Positions 36,032 to 47,200 of a stretch of DNA of 64,000 nt are shown piece after piece. The stretch is from the NCBI GenBank assembly GCA_024704765.1, contig JAKMXF010000144.1, positions 372,001 to 436,000 of the forward strand. Direction: 5' to 3'. The DNA is from Oopsacas minuta (Eukaryota > Animalia > Porifera). The first letter of the stretch is position 1, and each line of letters begins with the position of its first letter. The notes under the pieces are model-generated. The model was not told where the DNA came from. It saw only the letters and a program-made list of their open reading frames with translations, and ran no database searches. Made by a program: the position numbers and the translations under genes.

Positions 36032-36508
36032 TCAATTTTTAGCTTTTAACCTAAAAGTGTTTCTAATTCTACCTAAGATAGTTTGTTTCTTTTCTCTCAG
36101 ACCCATTTCATACAGGAATTCTGATAATTCAGGGGTCCCATACTTCTCAGCTACTGCTATCTCATTCCGCTTCCAGAAAGGTTTTTGTCTCTCATTATAC
36201 AATTCTTGTACTACAGTAGATAGAGGAAGATACAGAGAGTTCTCTGGCATTTCTGTGTAAGAGGATTGTCTCTTCCGAAGATATCTCTTCCTGTAGTGAT
36301 CTGTGCGGAGACGTTTCAAGGCTTCTAATTCCCGTCTTGCTAGTGAGAGAGTAGCCGCGTCAGAGAATCGGGAGTCCAGCTGTTTGATGAAATTAGTCCT
36401 CAAATGGTAACCAAGGTCCCTACCCTCTCGGAATGCAACAACTGGCCAAGTAGTACAGATATCTCGTATACGATTGACAGTAACTGATAATATGCTTGAT
36501 CGGGACAT
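36032..36508 (-). CDS. UQCC2: Ubiquinol-cytochrome c reductase complex assembly factor 2-like
   Basis: IC..WPV....GRDLG..LR and E..AL.RL..DHY.K.Y.R match the UQCC2/Cbp6 pattern. Confidence 0.75.
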   Translation of the reverse strand: MSRSSILSVTVNRIRDICTTWPVVAFREGRDLGYHLRTNFIKQLDSRFSDAATLSLARRELEALKRLRTDHYRKRYLRKRQSSYTEMPENSLYLPLSTVVQELYNERQKPFWKRNEIAVAEKYGTPELSEFLYEMGLREKKQTILGRIRNTFRLKAKN

Positions 36509-36728
36509 CTATAACAGAATTATATTGAGTAATGTATTTCTATTAACAAGACAGCTGGTCTGCAAAATATACTTGTATAGCATAACATAACTGCAAGAAT
36601 TTGTGAATCTGGACTTTATCGATATGGAAACGGTAATTTCCTTTGGTATTACAAATTAGGACAGAACAGAAAGTACACAATAGCAACTGATATAATAAAA
36701 TAAAATAAGACGTATATTAATTCGATAA

Positions 36729-37784
36729 TTATATAACTTTAGAATGTCTATTATCAACAATTAATCTTGCATGTTCTGAGAGATTTGAATGAATAGAATG
36801 TTCATGTTGATAATCTGTAGCTCCTTGATATACGTCATACTCTTCCATTTGAGGGACTTTACGACAACAAGTAGACACATGAACCTTCAAATTTGACCAT
36901 TTTAGCTCTTTTATAGTTTGCGTGTCGAGTGCAAAAACAAGAGCCAGACACAGACCGAGCAGAGGAGAAGACACCGCTTGGAGTAGCGCAAGTATAAATA
37001 TGGGATGTTTAGGTACAATAGCGTCCTGGATACGGTTAACAAGTGGAAATAGATTCAACAGCAAATACACACAGGGATATTTCATGAGAGGATAAATCTC
37101 CTTCTTCAGAAGCTCTCTCTGTATACTGCTGTATGGATTAGTTGGATCATAAGAGCGTATATGCATCGTAACACGACAAATAATCATTAGATATACTGCA
37201 AACATTAGGAATACAATGATATATGTGGGGATATACCATGTGACGAAACGGAAAACTTTTTCAAGGACAGTTTCGTTATCAATCCAACACCATAGGCCAG
37301 CTGGTCCGTATGAGTCATTTATAAAAGGTAGACAAGCAAAGAACAAAGGAACGACGAAAGACACGGATAAATAAAACACCTCAAACCATCGGTTAGTCGG
37401 TCGCATAAATACGACATTCCAGGTCAAATTAGCAGTTATATTACACATCCATACTACAACCATCCAGTCGAAAAACTGCAGCCAAGCACCTTGAAACGTA
37501 CAAAAGAATCCTTCAGTCAAATCATATTTACCAATCGTATATCCTATACCGTCAAAAAGCGCAGAAATGGTTAGATACAGGATAAGACGCTGCACCAACA
37601 GTGTATATCTTTTCAATAGGAAAATAAGCAGAATAACGAATATGGTCCCGATAATGGAAACAATGCCTAAGCTCCTTCGTACGTTTATTAGAATCATACA
37701 ATAATAATCACTGCCATATGTGCAGTTGGTGCGAGTAGTAGAGTTTTCTAGAGCAAGTGGAGTAGTGTTTGACGACACAATCAT
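36729..37784 (-). CDS. 7TM GPCR of the cAMP-receptor-like (Dictyostelium CAR/GCR1/GPR157) type
   Basis: Seven hydrophobic segments, QRLILYL, FCTFQG..LQFFDW, YGPAGLWCWI and YP.VY..LN.FP..NR. Confidence 0.85.
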   Translation of the reverse strand: MIVSSNTTPLALENSTTRTNCTYGSDYYCMILINVRRSLGIVSIIGTIFVILLIFLLKRYTLLVQRLILYLTISALFDGIGYTIGKYDLTEGFFCTFQGAWLQFFDWMVVVWMCNITANLTWNVVFMRPTNRWFEVFYLSVSFVVPLFFACLPFINDSYGPAGLWCWIDNETVLEKVFRFVTWYIPTYIIVFLMFAVYLMIICRVTMHIRSYDPTNPYSSIQRELLKKEIYPLMKYPCVYLLLNLFPLVNRIQDAIVPKHPIFILALLQAVSSPLLGLCLALVFALDTQTIKELKWSNLKVHVSTCCRKVPQMEEYDVYQGATDYQHEHSIHSNLSEHARLIVDNRHSKVI

Positions 37785-38091
37785 CCTAAAAATATAGTGA
37801 AATAATTATATAACATATTTATACTACCAGCTATATGCTAGCAAATCACGAATGAGTTGTTTTTATTAACGTGTGAAAGTTAATCGAGCGCGTGATATGA
37901 CGAGATATAATTAATTATTTAGTGTATTTACACTACTTAGTATAATGTTGGATAACAGGGCTAACCTGAATTTTGACACTCCCTATCTCCAATGCGCCTC
38001 ATCAGTCCGCACATTCCAAATTACCCATAACAGTATATAAATATTCACACAATTGCAATATAGAATAATCACCAAATATTATATCCTAAAC

Positions 38092-38778
38092 ATGTCCCGT
38101 ATGAGAATTATTCACACGTCAGCTATAAATACAGCTTATAGAACCCCGTGGGCAAGAGAGCATCTAGAAGACTACTACGTTAAGCTAGCTCATAAGGACG
38201 GCTACAGATGTAGAAGTGCTTATAAATTGCTAGAATTGCAGCAAAGATTTCATCTACTCAAACCAAATATATCAGTGATAGATCTAGGAGCTAGCCCTGG
38301 ATCATGGTCTCAAGTAGCAGCTGATATTATCTTCAAAACACACAGGCAATTAAACAACACCCTGATTGCAGTAGACATACAACCTATCGACCATATCAAT
38401 AACGTAACAGTACTAAGTGGACATGACATGACACTAGACACAACTCGTGACAAAATCAAGTCACTGTTACCCTCAGGAGTTGAAGTTGTTATGAGTGACA
38501 TGGCGCCTAGTCCTACTGGTATTAAAGACATTGACAACCATAAGATCATAGAGTTATGCCGGATTGCTATGTCACTAGCTAAAGACGTGTTAGTGGATGA
38601 TGGCGCATTTGTGTGTAAAGTATGGCAGAGTAGTTTATCGGATAAATTACAGAAAGAACTCTCTGATAGCTTCAAGAGTACTCAATTAGTTACAACTAAA
38701 GCTACGAAGAAGGGATCAAGGGAGAAGTATATTGTTAGTAGAGGTTTCAAAGTTCTGGGAAGAGGTAAATATCTGTAA
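38092..38778 (+). CDS. MRM2: Mitochondrial rRNA 2'-O-methyltransferase (RrmJ/FtsJ family)
   Basis: W..EH..DYYV..A...GYRCRSAYKL.E, VIDLGASPGSWSQV, VMSDMAP and FVCK; the ATG was taken at MSRMR. Confidence 0.92.
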   Translation: MSRMRIIHTSAINTAYRTPWAREHLEDYYVKLAHKDGYRCRSAYKLLELQQRFHLLKPNISVIDLGASPGSWSQVAADIIFKTHRQLNNTLIAVDIQPIDHINNVTVLSGHDMTLDTTRDKIKSLLPSGVEVVMSDMAPSPTGIKDIDNHKIIELCRIAMSLAKDVLVDDGAFVCKVWQSSLSDKLQKELSDSFKSTQLVTTKATKKGSREKYIVSRGFKVLGRGKYL

Positions 38779-39024
38779 TTATATTAACAAGCAAGCTTCG
38801 CTTTCTTGCTGATGACAATGAAAGTATGAGAAATGGAAATATATTAAGGAAGACAAGATGAGGTTTCTAAATATCTAATTATTCAAATTCACATATTCAA
38901 TGATTTGGTCAGAAACCTGGGCAAGAAGAAAATTTAATAAATATTCGTTTCGCATCACCTTACATTCAATACAAAATAAACAACTCGAAAATAAATATAT
39001 TCAATCGTGTAAACAAAAACAAAA

Positions 39025-40434
39025 TTAGTTGATGGCTGTATTGTGCTGTAAGAGAGATCTATTCTCTTCATAAGCTATGCCCTTGAGTCTTCTTTTCTTG
39101 TAATATTCATATATCATGAGTAATAACACGACACAACACGGTATAACAGATGTAGCACTGATTATAAAGAAGCAGTAAGAAGCGTTTATTTTTCTAAGCG
39201 TAGGATAAAGAGCATTGAAAAATAAAGTACTAAATACTGTAGAGATACAATTCACAATCTCGATTATAGTCAGCATACTACCTTGTTCAGTAGAGACGAC
39301 TAGTTTAGACAGCCCAGATCGAATAGAAGGTACCCCTAAAGATGTGAGGAATCCACTCACAGGGACGACACCCAACAGCCACCACGTAGAGCTAGACACA
39401 CCAATAATCCCGAATGCAATAGCATTGTCAATAGCGCCGATTAGCAACAAAGCTAGATCGGGTACCCCACATAATATCAATAGTGGGAGAACAATGTAAA
39501 TACCAATCGTCATGCTAAAGTTACGTAACCCGAAGTAATACCCCTGGTAGATAGGGCCCCAGCATATAGGAGGCGCTAACACATACAGAGCGAATATACT
39601 ACGGTTTGATGCTATATCCTCAATGAAAAATATATATGCTACCACGAATACAATGAACCTATATCTGTTCTTATTATGCTTAAACAAACGGAGAGGAGTT
39701 AGTGATTTTGCTAGCAAATATTTAATATCAAAAGTGATATCCTTTTCTGTTTGTTTCTGGTGAAGAGTCTCTGGGATATATCTAGTATAGCAGAGAATCA
39801 AAGACCAGATAAATACAATAAACGCAAAGCAGCCTAAGAACCCCATAGAATCAATAATTAATCCACTCAGAAGGTTAGAAGCTAACGCACCTATTATAAA
39901 CGCGGATTCAAATATCCCCATTCTAAGCGTTCTATACTTCTCGCTGGATATATCCAAACACATAGCTACTATGCCCAAATATATGACAGAGCGATTACCA
40001 AATATTCCATCAATAATACTCGGTAATAATATAAAGAATGGATGTAATGAGAATATATCTATCATACAGAAACACATTAGTGAAATGATTGAAGCAAATA
40101 AGGCTGTTAGTATTATGACCTTTCTACCAAGTAAATCAGACAATGGGCCAGTAATAAATATAGCAGGAATAGCTAGAGATGAGTATAGGACCTGTGAGAG
40201 TAACAAGAGGTATGATGAGTATGCTTCTATCTGATCTACGGTGTTGTTAAGATTACAGTAAAATTTTGTTTTACTCAGCGTGAATGTACAGTTATCACCA
40301 TTAAGATAACGACAACTGAGATAATAACTGTAGTTAGGTAGGGCAGCATGGTATATGTATAATCCGAAGTTGTATATCAATATGATTAACTCAGGGGGAG
40401 GTGTCAATGTCCAGCTATTCAATATTTGTATCAT
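39025..40434 (-). CDS. MFS transporter, SLC46 (PCFT-like) family
   Basis: About 12 TM segments, GPLSDLLGRK motif A, RT.RMGI.E, and IRSGLSKLV..EQG. Confidence 0.85.
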   Translation of the reverse strand: MIQILNSWTLTPPPELIILIYNFGLYIYHAALPNYSYYLSCRYLNGDNCTFTLSKTKFYCNLNNTVDQIEAYSSYLLLLSQVLYSSLAIPAIFITGPLSDLLGRKVIILTALFASIISLMCFCMIDIFSLHPFFILLPSIIDGIFGNRSVIYLGIVAMCLDISSEKYRTLRMGIFESAFIIGALASNLLSGLIIDSMGFLGCFAFIVFIWSLILCYTRYIPETLHQKQTEKDITFDIKYLLAKSLTPLRLFKHNKNRYRFIVFVVAYIFFIEDIASNRSIFALYVLAPPICWGPIYQGYYFGLRNFSMTIGIYIVLPLLILCGVPDLALLLIGAIDNAIAFGIIGVSSSTWWLLGVVPVSGFLTSLGVPSIRSGLSKLVVSTEQGSMLTIIEIVNCISTVFSTLFFNALYPTLRKINASYCFFIISATSVIPCCVVLLLMIYEYYKKRRLKGIAYEENRSLLQHNTAIN

Positions 40435-40475
40435 GCTAGAGAAATTGGAAATAGCTGCAACATTTAAAGTAGGTA

Positions 40476-40569
40476 CAGTCAACTCAAGTTATATCGCACA
40501 CGGAATATCCGCTTCTTTCGAAGTATTTATGGCGGTCCCTTGAGCTTCGATATAATGGTAGTTTAACCG
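40476..40569. mobile_element. MITE family 2 copy
   Basis: TA|CAGTCAACTCAAGTTATATCG ... GGTCCCTTGAGCTTCGATATAATGGTAGTTTAACCG|TA; a 24-nt core is identical to the reverse complement of 45065-45088. Confidence 0.7.
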
Positions 40570-40690
40570 TAATAATAATATTCATTCAACTTTTGAATAA
40601 TTTCCAATGATCATATATATCAATACAATATACGCGTTAAATATTAGTGATAAGGAGGTGGTGGATAGAATAATGAATCAAAAATTTTAT

Positions 40691-41110
40691 TCACATAATC
40701 CCTGGTTTCTGTGTGTCACAATTTAACACTTCCAAATCGTTCCTGAAATGTTCCAGCTCAGATTTAAGTTCTGACACATGGTTGAGGGTATTGAACAGTA
40801 TTTGTAGTTTAGTTTGTATTACTTCACTGGTAGCTTGTGATTTGCTTAAAATAAACTTTTCTATTCGTGCAAATGATGACGTAGTATGGTTATCTAGTTC
40901 AGTCTTCAGCTCGGAGAGGATGGTCGCGTCCCTCTGTCTCTTGGCGTTAATTTCCTGGATCAGCTGACGAGCACATTCCTGAAGGCTCTCTAAAGATGAC
41001 ATGTGGGGTATAGGTTCATTATCTTGTGACAAGATGCCGTTAGTTAAAGTGACAGAGGGCGACACATTTGTGGCAGCTACGGTGGTTGATTGTGTATTAT
41101 CTTGAGACAT
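40691..41110 (-). CDS. SYCE2: Synaptonemal complex central element protein 2-like
   Basis: LQE.A.QLI.EIN.KRQ.D...L...K..L and IQ.KLQ.L...L..VS.L..EL recall the SYCE2 coiled-coil core. Confidence 0.7.
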   Translation of the reverse strand: MSQDNTQSTTVAATNVSPSVTLTNGILSQDNEPIPHMSSLESLQECARQLIQEINAKRQRDATILSELKTELDNHTTSSFARIEKFILSKSQATSEVIQTKLQILFNTLNHVSELKSELEHFRNDLEVLNCDTQKPGIM

Positions 41111-41252
41111 TTACTGAATAACCTAATTAGAAAATTTCATTGAAATCAACAGTAAAAGTATTCACCCAAATTTCAATATTTTTCTATGTTTGTAATGCAT
41201 CTACTATATTTACCCAATCAACAAGAGGATATAACCATATATCATCCAATTA

Positions 41253-44200
41253 TTATTTCAAAACAATTTCCATAATCATCTGATTAAAAATCTCAAAAAT
41301 CTCATCGGTTACAGTCTGTGGATATTTCATAATCTGTTGAATACAGCTGCGACGTAACGATGTACAGATATCTCTGAAGATATAGCGACAAATCTTATTG
41401 GCTAACAAACACCAGTGAAACTCAATTGACAATACCAATAGTGCAACTGCGTTGTTAGGACTGATATGTCTGCCGAGGGAAGTTGTCACCTTGGTTTTAT
41501 AATTCATAATTAAAATATCAGTGGTGAAGAATAGAGATAAGAGATGTAGGAATTTTGTGAATAGATTTGACGAGCTAGTGGAAGAAGGATCATGATAACC
41601 TGGGAATATACTGGATTGGTCTTGTGTAGCTTTAAAAACATCTTTCAAAAGAATATTCATTGAAGGAGACAGTGATGTAGCATGATCTGTTAGAAAATTA
41701 ATATGTTTCAGTTGTATATCATTAGGATTCTGGAAATCTGTATTCTGATCTTGATCATGTGGCCATAACATATTCGAGATCGTAGGACACGAATAATCAC
41801 AGTAGTAAATCTGATGGATGATTGACTCAAAAATGAAAGCAGGGACAAGTGTGAAAGCGACACATGAACCACTAGAAGTGGCACGAGCCCATCTTATCAT
41901 AGCTCCCAATACATCTGAACTAGCTTCTATCTTATCCACATGTACTCGAAACGATTTATTTTCAACACAAAACTCAAAATCAAAATCTTTCTCATTGAAT
42001 TTTGAATAGAAACAAACGTTTGAGTTCTGTTCAGTAAAAACAGTTAAGTCATTAGAATCTAGGAGAGAAGCTTCTGTGTCTATATGAGGCCGTTTAGCCG
42101 GTGGACAATACTCAATGCTACCTACTTCAGGACGAATAGCTCTATTCAATTTATACTGACGTCTAGCTGATGAATCATATGAATAATCTTCATCACTTAG
42201 AGCACCAGAGCTAAGCTCACTACCTGAATCATCCATGTATTTAGACGGAGAGCGTGAGTACCATTGACTAGGCGTAGAGTTCATATAAGCTGTGTTATAG
42301 TCATGAGGGGGTGAATACGAGGATGGAGACTGAGAAGGAGGAGAGGTAGGAGAGAGACAGAGTCTATGGGGTAAGTCTGTTGGTATAGGTTTGTGTAGAA
42401 CTTCACATAGGTAGCTGAATGCTTTAATTGACTGCTGGAACTGTTCCTCATCAACTGGGTCAGATAGAATATTAATTAGAGAAGATACAGTCCCTGTGAA
42501 GTCATGGAAGAAACGTCTTTTGTGAGTTCTAAAATTTCACAATGAATAAATTCTGTAAAGTAAATTTTAGGAAATAACTCACCTGAATAAATATGGCAGA
42601 GATAGAACACAAGTTGTTCTCTCAACAGCTGATCCTTTCAGCATACTATTAATAACCCCCATTCCATACGGAGTCTCAGCTGTTCTGGTTATCTTATCCA
42701 TAAGATTGTACTCCTCTGTGGGTGCATACACCGGGCAATTACTCATATCAAGCTTGGATATGCCAATATATCCGGGAGGAAGGCTCTCAGCATGTATACA
42801 CAGTTCATAGAACAACGGAATGTTACCGTATCGTAGAAGCTTCTCAAAACAAGCATTATCTTGAGAAATACGCTGTAGTATCTTAACACACTTAAAGTGT
42901 GGATTACGAGAAACTAAGATGTATAGGATGAGAGCACGGAATATATCTGAAGAAGCTAGGTAGATGAGACAACTCTTTATGTGACTGATTCTGCAGGAAA
43001 ATACATATCGAAGTTAGGCAGAAACATTAGTAAGGTTATCATTAAGACTTTGCATAGTGAATTAATGGTACGACGAATTGTCCAGAGACACATATTCTCG
43101 GGAAGAAGGCACTCTAACCTACATTTTTGCAATTTTAAGCATATATAACAGATTCATAGTTTTCGAGATATGGCCATACAAGGTGGTTGATCCGCAATCA
43201 ATTGTGGTTATAAGATTTGACGTGGATTAGGGAGGTGTAACAAATCCCTGTAATTTCCTAGTATTACTCGTGTATGCATCAATGAGTATAATAAGTACTA
43301 ACTTAGATAGTAGATGTAATAGATGACATTCCATCCAGCTGATCAGAGATTGAGTATTACCAGCACCATCTGAGCTATCAGCTGATTGAATGAATGAGTC
43401 TGAAGCTAGGAAAGATAACTCATTCATTTGCATGTTTGTAGGGATGTGTATCTCTGTGGAAGAACTATCCTGTTCTGTATCTTCAGAGCTTGCCTTAATG
43501 GCCTCATTTATCCTAAATACAAGTGTTGAGAGGATGTTAAGAGAAAATAAATACAGTGCATGCAGGTTATAAGAACCCCCATATGAGTAGCAATAGATAT
43601 TCTTATAACCAGCTTATACTATATTAGTGGACAGGGTATACTTACTGTTGTAAGAGGTGAGTGAGTGTGTCTACGAGTTTTAATTGCTTAACCATGAAAA
43701 CAAACGATTCTTCATCATAATAGTAATGATTGATTGTGTGTAGTAGTTGTATTTTAGTTTTAACCGAATTGACCTCTTTCAAGACATCAATAATAAACTG
43801 TAACGCATTTGATAGTTTTATGTGTTGTCTGTTACTCGGATCATTACTACAACCTGACATTATATCAATCAAGTGTTGAGGCATTTCATTTGGAGGATAT
43901 GAACTCAGTTTGCTTAACAACAATTGTATCCCTCCTGCATTACCTATACTAGCACGTGTCTCACTAGAATTATTAAATTCCAGGAAACACTCCCAGGCAA
44001 CCGAACTGATTTGAGAGTTCTTGCTTTGACAGAGTTCTATAACTTTATAAACACCTCCATGAGAATTGAAACTAGAAGCGAGAATATCTTTTTTGTGACG
44101 TAGAATGTTTGTAAATATCTTCAGCACCTGAAGACAAGTAGAGAGTCATAAATATAACAAAATAAACAATAACAAGTGCTGTCTCTTGCTAACGTTAGAT

Positions 44201-47200
44201 ATTTTCAAGTGATTAATTGTCTACACTGCAGACAGTAATAATAAGAAATTCACTAAAACGCTGAAAATCTGGAGAATTTCATGAATAACAAAGCAAAATT
44301 ACAATTATAATTTTGAGGTCAGACAGAATATCGACTGAATAGCATAACGGTAGTCATAATTACTGATGGCGAACTTATTACGTAATTATAAATGTGATAA
44401 ATTACAACACGACAACACGTTGATTAGGCTAGCATCACTGTTAATACCACTGTATCTATGACGATATTGCGTATCAGTTTACCTTGAACCATAACCAATG
44501 GAGCATATATCAGCATGGCAAAGATTCAAATATAAGTACTTATTGCAAATAACATTCAGTTCTATAAGAAAATGTTGAAGTTCGTTTTGTTAATATTGGC
44601 ATTCATGTCATTAGTACATGGACAATGTAACGTAGGAGAGGTATTTATTGGTTGTGGTTCAGCGTGTGAGGACACCTGTGACAATTATCAAGATGTTGGT
44701 CGTATTTGCACTCTTCAGTGTGTGTCTGGTTGCTTTTGTGAGGGAAATAAGGTACGAGGACCTGGTGGAAGCTGTGTGGATATTCTAGAATGTTCACCTC
44801 AGTGTGATATTAACCAACAGTACGGATGTGGTAGTGAATGTCCTGATACCTGTGATAACTATAATGTATCTAGGAGCTGTATTGAGAGCTGCAGGTAATG
44901 ATAAGTTACATTATGACGTGGCAGTATACCACAATAGCACTATGACTAGTCAGTATAGTTAGAATCCATACAACGGCCATTACCGCTTTCTTGGCTCACA
45001 AATCTTATCAATAGCCACCGAATACGTGACATATAAATGTATGGTATTAATTCCGGTCAACTCCCATTATATCGAAGCTCAAGGGACCACGATAATTACT
45101 TCGATATAACAGGAGTAGATTGTATATTTATTTACAGGATTGGATGTTTTTGCAATCAAGGCTACGTTCTAATAGATGAGAACTCTAATGAATGCATACA
45201 CACATCAGAGTGTCCAGGGAGAGAAGGGTGTGCTATAGATGAGCACTACAGGATATGCGGGACAGCTTGTCCTACTACATGTGACAACAGAGGAGAGCAG
45301 ACAATTTGCCCGAGTGTATGCGTAGATGGATGTTTCTGTAACGACGGATTCGTATTGCATGAGGGACAATGTGTAAAGGAAGATACATGTCTTCAATTAC
45401 TGGGACTACTACCGAGTAAAGGAGCAGCTTTGGAGAATTTGGGATTACTTCTTATGCTAGCTAGCTTATTGGTTATCCTCCTCATAGGATTATAATCTAC
45501 TACCCTAAGTCCCCTAATAAAAAACTAAAAACATTCTCTAGATTTGGTAGCTCATTTTGAACAACATTTCTATTTTATTATCTTCATTCGCCCCTTATTT
45601 TGTCTGTTTGCGTTTTTTATGAAAAAATACATTTATATTCGTTCAAGGGTAGCCGGTAGGAGACAATACTACAATACACAAATATTCCTGTAAAAATCTC
45701 AATGATAATGTTATAGAGTAATTAATTAATGAAATATAATTAATTTGTCCTGCTATGCAGACAATATTATTCCTACAGACTAAATATTATCTATTCAAGT
45801 GGATAAACGTATAACAACACTGACATAATATTATATCACCAAAACTGGCCTGGAACGATATTACAACCATTGAATGAGAAGACAAAACAATTTGTCTAAG
45901 AAAAGTGGTTCTACGCGAAGGAAATTAAGCCACTTGGTTTTATATCGGAGGAGGACGACTCCAGAAATGCTCAAGTAATGGAAAATCAAATATCTATTTA
46001 AACAAAAGACTTTAAGGTTACTGAAAAAGAAAAGATGAATATTCTAAAATCAATAATACTGATTGTAATAATAGCTACTGCAGCACAAGCCAGGCAAATA
46101 TGTGGACCAAATCAGGAGTATAAAGAATGTGGTTGTCACGTTACATGTAAGAATTTCCTTAACCTAACAATTTGTGATGAGAGGAGCTGCGTAGAGGACT
46201 GTTTTTGTAAAAGTTACTTTGCTTTAAACAGTACTGGACATTGCGTAGATATCTTCAGCTGTAACAGACCTACAAATCCTTGTGGAGAAGATGAAGTGCA
46301 TTGGGAATGTGGGACCGCTTGTCCACCTACTTGTGATGATCCTAATCCAGAGTGTGAAGAATACTGCCAAGCTGGATGTGTATGTAAGGAGAGTACTGTT
46401 AGGAACAGTGATGGAGATTGTGTTACTGTAAGTGATTGCCCTAAGGACCCAGAAGATCCTAGTAAAGAGGAGTGTGTGGGGAATCAAGTCTACGTTGAGT
46501 GCAAATCAAACTGTCCATACACTTGTAATAACTGCTATGATGAAGTTAACTGTGAAAATATAACTTGCACGTAAGTATATTGTTATTGAATAATTTCATA
46601 AACGAGCTAATTACGTATATTATTGTAGGCCTGGCTGTGATTGCAAAGATGGGTTCGTCCTAGCTGATAACACTCACAATGTGTGTATTCAAGAGTCTGA
46701 ATGCCAAGACTCATCAGGTGAAGAACATGATAAGGATAAAGATGATGATAACGATGAGGATAATACAGGTTCAGATAGAGGTCATGGTAAGGGTAGGAAA
46801 GGGCATGATCATGAAGATAATACAGGTTCAGATAGAGGTCATGGTAAGGATAGGAACGGGCATGATCATGAGGATAATACAGGTTCAGATAGAGGTCATG
46901 GTAAGGATAGGAACGGGCATGATCATGAGGATAATACAGGTTCAGATAGAGGCCATGGTAAGGATAGGAACGGGCATGATCATGAGGATAATACAGGTTC
47001 AGATAGAGGTCATGGAAATGATGAGAATAGGGACAATGGTAAACACGGTCATGGACATGGAAAAAATAACAATGAAAGAAAAAGGCGGCCAAAGCCAAAC
47101 CCACATTAAGTTATTAACTTGTTAGCATAATTATATTACCAGTAATTTTTGCATATATTATGTATACACGTACATAGGTACATTAAGTTGTACAAATATT

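Noticed and set aside
45037-45137. N-terminus of ORF 45037-45495 as a separate gene start
   Set aside because: It lies in the TIL-A intron and is mostly MITE sequence; the true exon starts at 45138.
46607-47125. ORFs 46607-47104 (-) and 46679-47125 (+)
   Set aside because: These are shadow frames of the TIL-B 57-bp repeat.
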